DNA from: Synergistales bacterium
GTDB lineage: Bacteria > Synergistota > Synergistia > Synergistales > 79-D21
Direction of reading: 5' to 3'
Length of the DNA stretch: 59,914 nt
NCBI GenBank assembly: GCA_036722335.1
Contig: DAIMJI010000001.1
Coordinates: forward strand, 1 to 59,914
Shown in pieces: positions 46,131 through 56,936 of this stretch. The notes below the pieces were generated by a model that saw only the letters and a list, made by a program, of their open reading frames with translations, was not told the DNA's origin and made no database searches. Every line of letters starts with the position of its first letter. Positions within the stretch are counted from its first letter, which is position 1. Both the position numbers and the translations under genes were made by a program.

Positions 46131-47033
46131 ATGGAGGGAAACGGGACGGGACTCGAGATCGAAATAAACCGTTATAAACAGGTTGTCGACGAGGAAATCT
46201 CTAGAACCCTCAGTAAAGAAACAGCGATTCCGCCCCGCTTGAAGGAGGCGATGGCCTATTCACTCGAGGCCGGAGGGAAAAGGCTTCGTCCTTTTCTCTG
46301 CATGTCAGGGGCCGAGCTTAACGGTTGTCAGCCGAGGACCGTCCTTCCCATGGCACTGGCCCTGGAAATGTTCCATACCGCTTCACTGATTCACGATGAC
46401 CTGCCTTGCATGGACAACGACTCGTTGAGAAGGGGAAAGCCCTCAAACCACGTTGTTTTCGGGGAAGGATTGGCCATGCTGGCGGGTGACTCCCTTCTCC
46501 TCTGGGCGTTTGAATTCGCGCTGGAGGGACTTGCCCCGTTTTTCCCAGCCGAAAGGATACTCCGGGCGCTCCACGTTTTCGCGCAGGCAGTGGGGCCTGC
46601 TGGAGTCTGCGCGGGGCAGGTTCTAGATACCGACCCCCTGAGCAAAGGATCCGACCCTGATTTTGTCAGGCAAATTGCCTTGCTGAAGACAGGAACACTT
46701 ATACGGGCTTCGCTCCTCGCAGGAGGGATACTCGGAGGCCTATCGGAAGAAAGGGAAACGGCATTATATAATTATGGGACACATTTGGGAATCGCTTTCC
46801 AGGTCGTGGATGACCTGCTGGACAAGACGGGAACGGCAGAGAAACTCGGGAAAACCCCGGGGAAGGACGACGCGCAGGGGAAACTGACTTTTCTCTCGGC
46901 CTATGGGCTTGAGAATGCCCGGGAAATTGCCCTGAAGGAAAGCCGGGCGGCCGCTCAGTCCCTTTCCTGTTTCGGAAAGGAAGGGGATCGCTTGCGTTCT
47001 CTTGCCCTGTTCCTTTCGAGACGGTCAAGCTGA
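46131..47033 (+). CDS. ispA: Polyprenyl (farnesyl/geranylgeranyl) diphosphate synthase
   Basis: GGKRLRP, SLIHDDLPCMDND, LAGD, KTG, FQVVDDLLD, GKD. ATG at 46131. Confidence 0.93.
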   Translation: MEGNGTGLEIEINRYKQVVDEEISRTLSKETAIPPRLKEAMAYSLEAGGKRLRPFLCMSGAELNGCQPRTVLPMALALEMFHTASLIHDDLPCMDNDSLRRGKPSNHVVFGEGLAMLAGDSLLLWAFEFALEGLAPFFPAERILRALHVFAQAVGPAGVCAGQVLDTDPLSKGSDPDFVRQIALLKTGTLIRASLLAGGILGGLSEERETALYNYGTHLGIAFQVVDDLLDKTGTAEKLGKTPGKDDAQGKLTFLSAYGLENAREIALKESRAAAQSLSCFGKEGDRLRSLALFLSRRSS

Positions 47034-47055
47034 AAGCGGGGGAACGAGCCTGTCC

Positions 47056-48927
47056 ATGAAAATACTTGAGAACCTGAACGGCTATGAAGGGCTGAAAACC
47101 CTTCCAAAGGAAAAACTTCCACAGCTTTGCGAGGAAATCCGGAAGCTGATGATTGAAGTCGTGGAGAGAAACGGCGGTCACCTCGCGTCTTCGTTGGGAG
47201 CCGTCGAGCTGATCGTCTCGCTGCTTCGGGTTTTCGACCCAAGGAAGGATCGAATCATTTTTGACGTCGGGCACCAGGCCTATGCCTACAAGATGCTTAC
47301 CGACAGGCTGGACAGCTTCCCGACCTTACGGCAGTCCGGGGGCCTATCGGGCTTCCCGAAAAGGAGAGAGAGCCCCTTCGATCATTTCGACGTCGGGCAC
47401 AGCAGTACGTCCATCTCGGCTGCGCTTGGTTTTGCGAAGGCAAGAGATCTCCTCGGGCAGGATCACGAAGTTGTCGCGGTCATCGGTGACGGAGCTCTTT
47501 ACAACGGGGTTGCGCTGGAGGCCCTGAACAACGTGAAGGAGGCCAATACGCGACTCACCGTGATTTTCAACGACAACTCGATGTCCATCAGCCGCCCTGT
47601 CGGCGGCCTTGCGGATTACCTTGCACGCCTGGCGGTCAACCCTTACTACAAGCGCTTCAAGGAATACCTGAAGGAGCAGTGCAGGAAAAGACAGCGGGGA
47701 GAGTCCCTCGAGGAACTGCTCTCCCGTTCCAAGACACGCGTGAAGACCCTGCTTCAGCCCAACAACATCTTCGAGGGGCTGGGGATCAGCTACTGGGGAC
47801 CCTTTGATGGCCACGACCTCGATGAACTGGCGGAGATCCTCGGCCTCTCCCGTTTTTACGGCAACCCTTTGCTCATCCACCTTCGCACGAAGAAAGGCAA
47901 GGGATACCCCCCAGCTGAAGCGGACCCGACACGCTATCACGGGCTGTCGCCCAGGCCCGCATGCGGCTCGTTGGCACATACTCCCGAAAGGACAAGCTGG
48001 AGCGATGCCATTTCAGGAGCGGTCATGGATCTCGCGGAGGGCAACGATCGCATCGTATGCCTTACGGCGGCCATGAAGGAAGGGACAAGGCTGAACGGCT
48101 TCGCGAAGCGATGGCCCAACCGGTGCTTTGATGTCGGGATCGCGGAAGAACACCTCCTGACCTATGCGGCCGGGTTGGCCGCCGGAGGGCTAAAGCCCTT
48201 CGTCTTCGTCTACTCGACTTTCCTCCAGAGAGCAATGGACCAGATGGTTCACGACATCGCCATGCAGGAACTGCCCGTTGTCATATTGGCAGACCGGGCC
48301 GGCCTGGTGGGGGAGGATGGAGAAACTCATCACGGCCTGCTGGACGTATGCTGGGGAAGGGCGATCCCAGGGATAGCCGTCATGGCTCCGAGGGACATAG
48401 AAGAAGCCCGCTTCATGCTGGCCGAGTCGCTCGAGCGGGGAAAACCCGCCCTTATCCGTTTCCCCAGGGGTGCTGCCGCACCCTCCCTGCGGAGGACAGC
48501 GGGCCCCTTTCAGCCCGCGGGCTGGGGAAAAGCCGAAACACTCGTGGAAGGGGAAGGCCACTGGACAATCATGGCTTATGGAAAGACGGTTTCCATCGCC
48601 TTGGACATACACGGCCTTGCTTCGTCCAGGGGCTTGCCAAAACCCGATGTCGTGGACCTCCGCTTTGTCGAACCCGCAGACTGGGACCTTATCGAAGCCA
48701 AGCTTGCGTCCGCAGACTTGACCTGCGTCATCGAGGACGGGTATAGAAGGGGAGGATTCGGCGAAGCAGTCGCGGCAAGGGCCAACTCGATAGGAGCACG
48801 TTCGGCGGTTCTACGGTTTGGCATCCCGGATTCTTTCGTTCCGCACGCCACCGTGGAGGAACAATGGAAAGCCTGCGGACTCGATGCCGAGACCATTTTG
48901 GAGGAATCCCTTGCCTCGATCCGGTGA
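47056..48927 (+). CDS. dxs: 1-deoxy-D-xylulose-5-phosphate synthase
   Basis: GGHLASSLG, DVGHQAY, GHSSTS, GDG..N, DVGIAEEH, GEDGETH. ATG at 47056. Confidence 0.95.
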   Translation: MKILENLNGYEGLKTLPKEKLPQLCEEIRKLMIEVVERNGGHLASSLGAVELIVSLLRVFDPRKDRIIFDVGHQAYAYKMLTDRLDSFPTLRQSGGLSGFPKRRESPFDHFDVGHSSTSISAALGFAKARDLLGQDHEVVAVIGDGALYNGVALEALNNVKEANTRLTVIFNDNSMSISRPVGGLADYLARLAVNPYYKRFKEYLKEQCRKRQRGESLEELLSRSKTRVKTLLQPNNIFEGLGISYWGPFDGHDLDELAEILGLSRFYGNPLLIHLRTKKGKGYPPAEADPTRYHGLSPRPACGSLAHTPERTSWSDAISGAVMDLAEGNDRIVCLTAAMKEGTRLNGFAKRWPNRCFDVGIAEEHLLTYAAGLAAGGLKPFVFVYSTFLQRAMDQMVHDIAMQELPVVILADRAGLVGEDGETHHGLLDVCWGRAIPGIAVMAPRDIEEARFMLAESLERGKPALIRFPRGAAAPSLRRTAGPFQPAGWGKAETLVEGEGHWTIMAYGKTVSIALDIHGLASSRGLPKPDVVDLRFVEPADWDLIEAKLASADLTCVIEDGYRRGGFGEAVAARANSIGARSAVLRFGIPDSFVPHATVEEQWKACGLDAETILEESLASIR

Positions 48928-49774
48928 AAGACTAGACAAGGTCCTGGTCGAAAGAGGACTTGCCCCGACAAGGGCAAAAGCTCTCGCGATGATCATGGCG
49001 GGATGGGTCAAGGTCAACGGAACAAAGGCAGAGAAGGCAGGTCAACCGGTCAGGGAGGATGCCCAGATCGAGGTTTCAGGCAGGGCGGAAGAATGGGTCA
49101 GTCGCGGCGCGCACAAGCTCCTGAAAGCACTCGACGTTTTCTCGATCGATCCGGATGGCCTTGTCTGCCTCGATATCGGCGCTTCCACGGGGGGCTTCAC
49201 CGAAGTCCTGCTTTCCAGGGGGGCTTCCAGGGTCTTTGCCGTGGATGTAGGATACGGGCAACTGGCCTGGAAGCTCCGCAGGGACCCTCGCGTTGAGGTC
49301 ATGGAGAGAACCAACGCCCGCCTTTTGACACCCGGGCAATTTCCAGGCCCCATGGACCTGGTTGTCGTCGATGCCTCTTTCATTTCACTACGGCTCTTGC
49401 TTCCTCCGCTGCTTGAACTGCTTGGCGGGGAAGGTGAAATGGTTCTCCTGGTCAAGCCGCAGTTCGAAGCAGGAAGGGAAAGGGTGGGCAAGGGAGGCGT
49501 TGTCCGCTCGCCTGAAATCCACCGCCTGGTCCTGGAGGAATTTTGTGCCTTTGCGTCATCTCTCCAGGGGATTAGCCTGGCCGGCCTGACTTGGTCCCCG
49601 ATCAAGGGCCCAAGCGGGAATATCGAGTTCCTGGCCTACCTGTCGAGGAGAAGGGGTTCCACCCCCCTGGCAATCGAACCTGCCCGGGAAGTGGCCAAGA
49701 TCGTTTCTGAAGCGACGCTCGCGCTGTCAGAAAAACGGGAATCCTTCAAAACGGAGGGGGATATTTCGCCATGA
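48911..49774 (+). CDS. tlyA: TlyA family rRNA 2'-O-methyltransferase
   Basis: S4 domain RLD..LV, VSRGAHKL, DIGASTGGFT, VDVGYGQL, LVKPQFE, GNIEF. TTG at 48911 after GGAGG. Confidence 0.92.
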   Translation: MPRSGERLDKVLVERGLAPTRAKALAMIMAGWVKVNGTKAEKAGQPVREDAQIEVSGRAEEWVSRGAHKLLKALDVFSIDPDGLVCLDIGASTGGFTEVLLSRGASRVFAVDVGYGQLAWKLRRDPRVEVMERTNARLLTPGQFPGPMDLVVVDASFISLRLLLPPLLELLGGEGEMVLLVKPQFEAGRERVGKGGVVRSPEIHRLVLEEFCAFASSLQGISLAGLTWSPIKGPSGNIEFLAYLSRRRGSTPLAIEPAREVAKIVSEATLALSEKRESFKTEGDISP

Positions 49775-50637
49775 AGGGAAAAATCGGGCTATTGATCAAC
49801 CCGCAAAAACCCAAGGCGCTTGAGATGGGGAAACGCCTCCTCCTGTGGGGAAGCGAGAAAGGCATCACTTTCCTTGCCCCCCCTCACGAAGCGGCGGTAC
49901 TCGGGATTCCGGGGACCTCGGACGACAGCTGGAAGGATGAAGTCGACTTTGCCGTCGTGCTTGGAGGAGACGGAACTTTCCTCCGCGCGGCCCGTTACGT
50001 CCTGGGAAAGGATATCCCCCTTTACGGCATCAACGTGGGCAGGCTCGGCTTCCTTGCATCTGGAAACCCCAGCCAGGCGGAAGCGGATATCGAGGCAATC
50101 CTGGATGGCCGGTTCATCACCCAGAAGAGGCGCCTTCTCAAGGGAACGGTCCACAGGGGAGGATCGCTCGTGCACGAGGTTTACGCCCTGAACGACCTGG
50201 TCGTGACGAAAGGCGCCTTCGCGAGGGTAATCACCCTGCAGATTTCCGTCGGGAACCGGCCTCTGAGCCTTATGACAGGGGATGGACTGATTCTTTCGAC
50301 CCCGACCGGTTCCACGGGATACGCCCTTTCAGCGGGAGGCCCGATTGTCCCTCCGCATGTCCCGTGCATGCTTCTGGTCCCTATTTGTGCACATACGCTC
50401 TACGCCAGGGCTATGGTTTTCGGTGATGAAGACACGATCCAGGTCATTCCAACGGGTGATCATCGGGACATGATGCTGACCCAGGATGGCCAGCTTGGTT
50501 ATGAACTCCTTCCGGGAGACCGGATCGGCGTGTCCCTTTCCAAAGAGAAATCCGTGAACATCATCCTTCTTCCCGACAGGGACTATTACGACCTGCTGCT
50601 TGAAAAATTCCAGTGGGGGCAGAACGTGATCGAATGA
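49771..50637 (+). CDS. nadK: NAD kinase
   Basis: LGGDGT, GRLGFL, ALND, GDG...TPTGSTGY.LSAGGP. Confidence 0.93.
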   Translation: MKGKIGLLINPQKPKALEMGKRLLLWGSEKGITFLAPPHEAAVLGIPGTSDDSWKDEVDFAVVLGGDGTFLRAARYVLGKDIPLYGINVGRLGFLASGNPSQAEADIEAILDGRFITQKRRLLKGTVHRGGSLVHEVYALNDLVVTKGAFARVITLQISVGNRPLSLMTGDGLILSTPTGSTGYALSAGGPIVPPHVPCMLLVPICAHTLYARAMVFGDEDTIQVIPTGDHRDMMLTQDGQLGYELLPGDRIGVSLSKEKSVNIILLPDRDYYDLLLEKFQWGQNVIE

Positions 50638-52295
50638 AAACAAACCGGGGGGGCCTTACCGAGTTTTCGGTCCAGAATATCGGCGGGATCCAGAAAGCCC
50701 GCCTCGGGTTGAGTGGCCGGTTCATCGCCGTGACCGGCGAAAGCGGGGCCGGGAAGAGCAGCCTCGTGAGGGCACTGGAGTATCTCGCGGGGAAAAGAGC
50801 CCAAACATCCTCGATCCGCCACGGCTTCGAAGAAGGGGAAGTCTGGGGAATTTTCCGGACAGGCGCCGATTCCGGAACGGAAAAACTGGCGGGAAGGGTG
50901 ATTTCCCGAAACGGTCGAAACCGCAACTACCTTGAAGACCAACAAGTCCCCTTCGCAAGGCTTCGTGATTTCACCGAGGACTTGATCGGCATCCAAAGCC
51001 AGTTTTCCCAGCTCGATCTACTTGACCCCAAACGGCAGAGGAATCTCCTCGACAGCTGCGGAGGGGAAACCTCCATCCTTCTTCGGGGAAGGCTTTCACG
51101 TGATTTCGAGAAAGCAATCCGTTTAGAGAAGGACCTGGCCTCAATCGTGGAAAAACGGAAGGAGATTGAGAACTCGTTCCAGGAGGCCGAACTGGTGGTC
51201 GGAACCTATCGGGGGCTACGCCTGGACGAAGGGAACGAACTCCAGTGGGAGGCGGAGCTCTCCAGCCTTGAGGATTTCCTGGGCATCCAGAGAAGGTTGC
51301 AGGAAACGGCTGCCCGTTTCCTGGGAGGCGCTTCGGGAGGAGGCCTCGGGGAGGAAATCCAGCAATGGGCCCAGGAAATGATTCGGCTCATCTCTCCGGA
51401 ACAGCGGGAAAAGTTCGGCTCCAACCTGGAAAACTTCTTGAAGAACCTCCAGGAAATGGAACGGTTGTCACGACTCTCACTTGCGAACAAAGCCGTTCCG
51501 GAAGCCGAGGAGAGGAGGACTGCACTCGAGAACCGCCTCGGTGCGGTCCGGAAGTTGAAACGGATGGTTAAGGCTGAATCTCTTGAGCAACTGTCACGTT
51601 TTTGCGAAAAGGCAGAGGAAAATATCCTCTGGTTGAGGGCCAGCGCCAAAGAACTCGAGGACTTGAGAAAAAGTTGCCAGGAGGCCAGGAGTTCGGTCTT
51701 TGAATCGGCTCTTGCCTTACGTGAGCAAAGATCCAGTGAAGCCCGCCTGCTGGAGCGAAAGGTCACCGAGCACCTTGCGGATCTTGCCATGGAATCATTC
51801 GCCTTCAGCATCGCCATGAGGGATCTTGGCAAAATTCGCCCCAGCGGGGCAGACGAAATCGAATTCTGGCTATCCAACGGAGACCTTAGCGGCCCGATCA
51901 TGCGGATCGCTTCGGGAGGAGAGTTAAGCCGGATACTCCTGGCCCTCCAAATGGCCCTGCCCGATGGACAATTGCCTGAAACACTCGTATTCGACGAGGT
52001 CGAAGCCGGTTTGGGCGGGCGCTCGGCCCTACTCGCGGGGTTTAAGCTCCGGGAACTTTCAAGCCGGTGCCAGGTTATTCTCGTGACACACGAGGCCGTC
52101 ATAGCGGCCCAGGCGGATCAGCATTTTGTCGTCAGGCGATCCGGAGACCTCACCACGGTAACGGAGGTCACGGGGTCGGAGAGATCCGCCGAAATCGCAA
52201 GAATGCTTTCCGGAAACCCGGATTCACCCGAAGCCTTGGAACATGCAGCCGTCCTGCTGAAGAATCAGGGGCAAAAGCTTGACGTATGCCCATAA
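50634..52295 (+). CDS. recN: DNA repair protein RecN
   Basis: TGESGAGKS, long coiled coil, IASGGELSR, LVFDEVEAG, ILVTH, EIARML. Confidence 0.9.
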   Translation: MKTNRGGLTEFSVQNIGGIQKARLGLSGRFIAVTGESGAGKSSLVRALEYLAGKRAQTSSIRHGFEEGEVWGIFRTGADSGTEKLAGRVISRNGRNRNYLEDQQVPFARLRDFTEDLIGIQSQFSQLDLLDPKRQRNLLDSCGGETSILLRGRLSRDFEKAIRLEKDLASIVEKRKEIENSFQEAELVVGTYRGLRLDEGNELQWEAELSSLEDFLGIQRRLQETAARFLGGASGGGLGEEIQQWAQEMIRLISPEQREKFGSNLENFLKNLQEMERLSRLSLANKAVPEAEERRTALENRLGAVRKLKRMVKAESLEQLSRFCEKAEENILWLRASAKELEDLRKSCQEARSSVFESALALREQRSSEARLLERKVTEHLADLAMESFAFSIAMRDLGKIRPSGADEIEFWLSNGDLSGPIMRIASGGELSRILLALQMALPDGQLPETLVFDEVEAGLGGRSALLAGFKLRELSSRCQVILVTHEAVIAAQADQHFVVRRSGDLTTVTEVTGSERSAEIARMLSGNPDSPEALEHAAVLLKNQGQKLDVCP

Positions 52296-52307
52296 GGCCT
52301 TTAAAAT
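52279..52307 (+). promoter_or_regulatory. rplU-rpmA promoter TTGACG-N17-TAAAAT overlapping the recN 3' end
   Basis: -35 at 52279-52284, -10 at 52302-52307, 17-nt spacer. Confidence 0.75.
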
Positions 52308-52326
52308 TCAAAAGCTGTCAACGTAT

Positions 52327-52373
52327 CGCTTGGGAAGGGCTTCAAGTGCCTTTGGCCGCCCTTGAACCCAGCG
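52327..52373 (+). ncRNA. Structured 5' leader of rplU (candidate L21-leader-like element)
   Basis: Nested pairings CGC/GCG, TGGG/CCCA, AAGGGC/GCCCTT, GCC/GGC directly upstream of the SD. Homology to the Rfam L21 leader was not verified. Confidence 0.4.
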
Positions 52374-52392
52374 GAAGGAGGAAAACCTGTAC

Positions 52393-52704
52393 ATGTATGC
52401 AGTGATCGAAACAGGCGGGAAGCAGTACCGGGTCGCTCCAGGCGAGGTCATCCGGGTGGAGAAGATGGATCTTGAGCCCGGGGCTTCGGTGACCTTGGGG
52501 AAGGTTCTTCTGCTGGCGGACGAAAGCGATGTCAAGGTCGGCAACCCCGTTCTTGAATCCGCGAGCGTCGAGGGGACGATCCTTGGACACGGCAAGGAAT
52601 CCAAGGTGTGGATTTTCCATTACAAGAGGAAAAAGAACTACCGAAGGCTTCGCGGTCACCGTCAGGACTTCACGGAAGTCCGCATCGACGCCGTTCGCGG
52701 CTAG
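52393..52704 (+). CDS. rplU: 50S ribosomal protein L21
   Basis: MYAVIETGGKQYRV, YKRKKNYRR.RGHRQ. Confidence 0.97.
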   Translation: MYAVIETGGKQYRVAPGEVIRVEKMDLEPGASVTLGKVLLLADESDVKVGNPVLESASVEGTILGHGKESKVWIFHYKRKKNYRRLRGHRQDFTEVRIDAVRG

Positions 52705-52731
52705 CCTGGGCGCGGATACAGGAGGACAACG

Positions 52732-52989
52732 ATGGCACATAAGAAAGGACAAAGCAGCAGCACCAACGGCCGAGACACTATTGGGAAAAGGCTGGGCCTC
52801 AAGCGCCATGACGGACAGGTTGTCAATGCTGGAACGATCCTTGTCCGCCAGAGGGGCACCAAGATCCACGCCGGGGAAAACGTCGGAAGGGGCCGTGACG
52901 ACACTCTTTTCGCCCTCAAATCGGGAGTTGTCCGTTTCACCATGCGGTGTGGCCGTAAGGAAGCACGCATCGAGACGGCAACTGCTTAA
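52732..52989 (+). CDS. rpmA: 50S ribosomal protein L27
   Basis: MAHKKG.SS.NGRD...KRLG.K, VRQRGT, G.DDTLFA. Confidence 0.97.
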   Translation: MAHKKGQSSSTNGRDTIGKRLGLKRHDGQVVNAGTILVRQRGTKIHAGENVGRGRDDTLFALKSGVVRFTMRCGRKEARIETATA

Positions 52990-53022
52990 GACCATTTCAC
53001 GCAAGATTTCGGGAAATCGGGG

Positions 53023-53051
53023 AGGGGCCTTCAAAAGGCCCCTTTCTCTTT
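53023..53051 (+). terminator. Intrinsic terminator after rpmA
   Basis: AGGGGCCTT-CAA-AAGGCCCCT followed by TTCTCTTT. Confidence 0.65.
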
Positions 53052-53080
53052 AGAAACCTGCCAGGAGCAGTGAGGTGTAA

Positions 53081-54430
<1,350 letters not shown>

Positions 54431-54451
54431 TCCCGAAAGGGGAGAGGACAC

Positions 54452-55081
54452 CTGATCCAGAAATTTCTCGGACGAAACCGCGTCGGCATCATGGGAGGGA
54501 CTTTTGACCCGATCCATTTCGGCCATCTGGTGTCCGCTGAAGAAGCCTATTTTGCCCTGGGGCTCTCGGAAGTCATTTTCGTCCCAACGGGAAATCCGCC
54601 TCACAAACGATCGAAGCTGGTCTCGTCGGCAGAGGATCGGTACACGATGACGCTCCTTGCGACCTTGGACAACCCGCATTTCAAGGTTTCCCGGCTGGAA
54701 ATCGACCGTGGGGGAGACAGCCATACGGTTGACACTCTGAGAGAGATGCGGCACTGGTTCGCCCCGGGCAGTACGGAGCTTTACTTCATCACGGGACTGG
54801 ACGGTGTTCTCGACATCCTCTCCTGGAAGGAACCTTTAGAGATCGTGGACCTGTGCCAGATCGTCGCGGTGAGCCGTCCCGGCTTCAATTCCTCCAGGAT
54901 CCAGGATTTGCCCGAACGGATAAGGAAAGCGATCATTCCTCTCGAGATCCCGCTTTTGGCGATTTCAAGCAGTGAGATCCGAAACCGGGTCCTTGAAGGG
55001 AAGAGTACCCGGTACCTTCTTCCCTGGACGGTAGAGCACTACATCTTCAAGAAGAATCTCTACATTCGGAACGGTAGGTGA
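54452..55081 (+). CDS. nadD: Nicotinate-nucleotide adenylyltransferase; probable CTG start
   Basis: VGIMGGTFDPIHFGH, PPHK, YFITGLD, ISSSEIR. The first ATG (54491) lies inside the conserved first strand; CTG at 54452 follows GGAGAGG. Confidence 0.9.
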   Translation: MIQKFLGRNRVGIMGGTFDPIHFGHLVSAEEAYFALGLSEVIFVPTGNPPHKRSKLVSSAEDRYTMTLLATLDNPHFKVSRLEIDRGGDSHTVDTLREMRHWFAPGSTELYFITGLDGVLDILSWKEPLEIVDLCQIVAVSRPGFNSSRIQDLPERIRKAIIPLEIPLLAISSSEIRNRVLEGKSTRYLLPWTVEHYIFKKNLYIRNGR

Positions 55082-56343
55082 AGAAACCCTTGAATCGGGC
55101 CCGTCTTTGGATTTTTGTCACACTCTGCATCGTTTCGGTCGGCCTGGGAATCGCTTATCGCATGCATAACATCGTTTCTCCCGGCTCCAGGGAAATCGAA
55201 AAGAGTTTCCAGCATGACAAGCTAACCGGGAACATCAACATCCTTGCTGTCGGTATCGATGACGTCCAGGGATCGCACCGTTCCGACACGATCGCGGTCG
55301 TCGCGATCAACATCGAGGAACGATTCGTAAAGGTGCTCTCATTGCCTCGCGACCTGCGCGTCCAGATCGAAGGCAGAGGATGGCAGAAACTGAATCATGC
55401 CTATGCTTACGGGGGGATCGATCTCCTTCGTTCGACAATCAACAACTTCCTGGGCCTGCCTTTGCATTATTATCTAATAGTTAATTACAATAGTTTCCCA
55501 AAGATCGTCGACCTACTCGGCGGGGTTTCGGTAGACGTTCCCAAGCGCCTCCGCTACACGGATCGCGCCGGGGGGCTCCACATCGACATCCCGGCCGGCA
55601 GGCAGGTTTTGGACGGAAAGACTGCGCTCGAGTTCGTCCGTTTCCGCCATGACGCACTCGGCGACATCGGCCGCATCCAGAGGCAGCAACTCTTTATCAA
55701 GGAGGTCCTCAACAAGATCCGCCAGCCCGAAACGATTTCTTCACTGCCAAAAATCGTGGAGGAGGCCACACGGTTTTTCGAGACGGAAATCCAGGCCACC
55801 CAGGCTATCCAGTTGGTCAATTACCTCAAAGACCTCGACGGTACCCGTTTCTCATTCGAAACGATGCCCGGAAAGGCAGCCATGATCGACGGGATCAGTT
55901 ACTGGCTGGGGGACACCGTGCTTGCCTCACAATACCTGACAACGCCACCCGAGCCGACGAGCGGAGACAAGCAGGAAACAACCGAAAAACCCCTGGTTTC
56001 CGCCGACCCGATGCTCTCAAGGATCAAAGGGCAAGTCGCCATACTGAACGGCTGCGGAGTCAAGGGCGTCAGCCAGGCCTTTTCCGAGCACCTGCAGCGC
56101 CTTGGAATCGACGTCGCCTTTGTGGGAAACGCAAAGCACTTCGATTACCGCTACACGAACATCGCCTATCCGGAGGCGGCAGATCCGCAGACCCTCGAAA
56201 ACGCCAGGGCACTCGGAGACCTCTGCAAAGTACCCGCAAACCTCGTACGCCCTAACCGCGGAGCGACCCACGCAACAATAATCGTCGGGAAAGATTATGA
56301 TATACTTTTGAATAGGTTAAAGGCCTACAAGAGAGAACTCTAG
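55078..56343 (+). CDS. LCP (LytR-CpsA-Psr) family protein with C-terminal LytR_C domain
   Basis: N-terminal TM; RSDTI, SLPRDL, KLNHAY, ALEFVRFRH, GDIGRIQRQQ; C-terminal VAILNG.G..G. Confidence 0.9.
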   Translation: MKKPLNRARLWIFVTLCIVSVGLGIAYRMHNIVSPGSREIEKSFQHDKLTGNINILAVGIDDVQGSHRSDTIAVVAINIEERFVKVLSLPRDLRVQIEGRGWQKLNHAYAYGGIDLLRSTINNFLGLPLHYYLIVNYNSFPKIVDLLGGVSVDVPKRLRYTDRAGGLHIDIPAGRQVLDGKTALEFVRFRHDALGDIGRIQRQQLFIKEVLNKIRQPETISSLPKIVEEATRFFETEIQATQAIQLVNYLKDLDGTRFSFETMPGKAAMIDGISYWLGDTVLASQYLTTPPEPTSGDKQETTEKPLVSADPMLSRIKGQVAILNGCGVKGVSQAFSEHLQRLGIDVAFVGNAKHFDYRYTNIAYPEAADPQTLENARALGDLCKVPANLVRPNRGATHATIIVGKDYDILLNRLKAYKREL

Positions 56344-56372
56344 CTTTTTAAAGCCATGGAGGTGAATCCTTT

Positions 56373-56732
56373 TTGAAAGAACAGTTAAGCAAGGAAACCC
56401 TTGCGATAATCAAATCCCTTTCAGACAAACACGCAGAGAAAATCGTCGCGCTTAACCTTGGCGAAGCAACCACCCTTGCTGATACGTTTGTCCTGGCTAC
56501 AGCTAACTCCGACGTTCATATGAACACCCTTATGGAAGCAGCCAAGGACACACTCGAGGACCTCAACCTTCCGGTCCGTGTCGAGGGAACCAGCAGCGCC
56601 AGGTGGAGGCTGATCGATGCCGGAAACCTCGTCGTTCACATCTTCAGCCGCCAGGGCCGCGACTTTTACGGAATTGAAAGGATATGGGGAGACGCGGAGA
56701 CCTTTGTATTCGAGGAAGATTCGGTTCTTTGA
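56373..56732 (+). CDS. rsfS: Ribosome silencing factor RsfS (Iojap)
   Basis: DK.AE.I, D.FVLAT, VEG....W.LID.G..VVHIF....R.FYGIERIWGD. TTG start. Confidence 0.92.
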   Translation: MKEQLSKETLAIIKSLSDKHAEKIVALNLGEATTLADTFVLATANSDVHMNTLMEAAKDTLEDLNLPVRVEGTSSARWRLIDAGNLVVHIFSRQGRDFYGIERIWGDAETFVFEEDSVL

Positions 56733-56770
56733 TCTCTCTGGCCTGACAAGATAAACCGGGAATAACAAAA

Positions 56771-56808
56771 AGAAGGGGAAAGGCTGGGCGGCTTTCCTCT
56801 TCTTTTTT
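56771..56808 (+). terminator. Intrinsic terminator ending the obgE-rsfS unit
   Basis: AGAAGGGGAAAG / CTTTCCTCTTCT stem with one G-U pair, followed by a T run. Confidence 0.7.
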
Positions 56809-56866
56809 CTCCCCTTTTATATGTCCTATAATGTATCTTATGTTGCGTTTCGCCCATCTTTACCAC

Positions 56867-56893
56867 AAAAAGGGCCCTCCTGAACGGAGGGCC
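56867..56893 (-). terminator. Intrinsic terminator ending gap-pgk-tpiA
   Basis: Minus strand: GGCCCTCC-GTTCA-GGAGGGCC, then CTTTTT. Confidence 0.7.
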
Positions 56894-56936
56894 TCCACAC
56901 TGCATCCTTATTGATGCCCCTTTTCGGAATCTTCGC

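Noticed and set aside
56809-56866. AT-rich stretch containing TATAAT (56827-32) between convergent terminators, as an sRNA promoter
   Set aside because: No -35 or extended -10; the next hairpin is about 30 nt away; AT richness alone can explain it.
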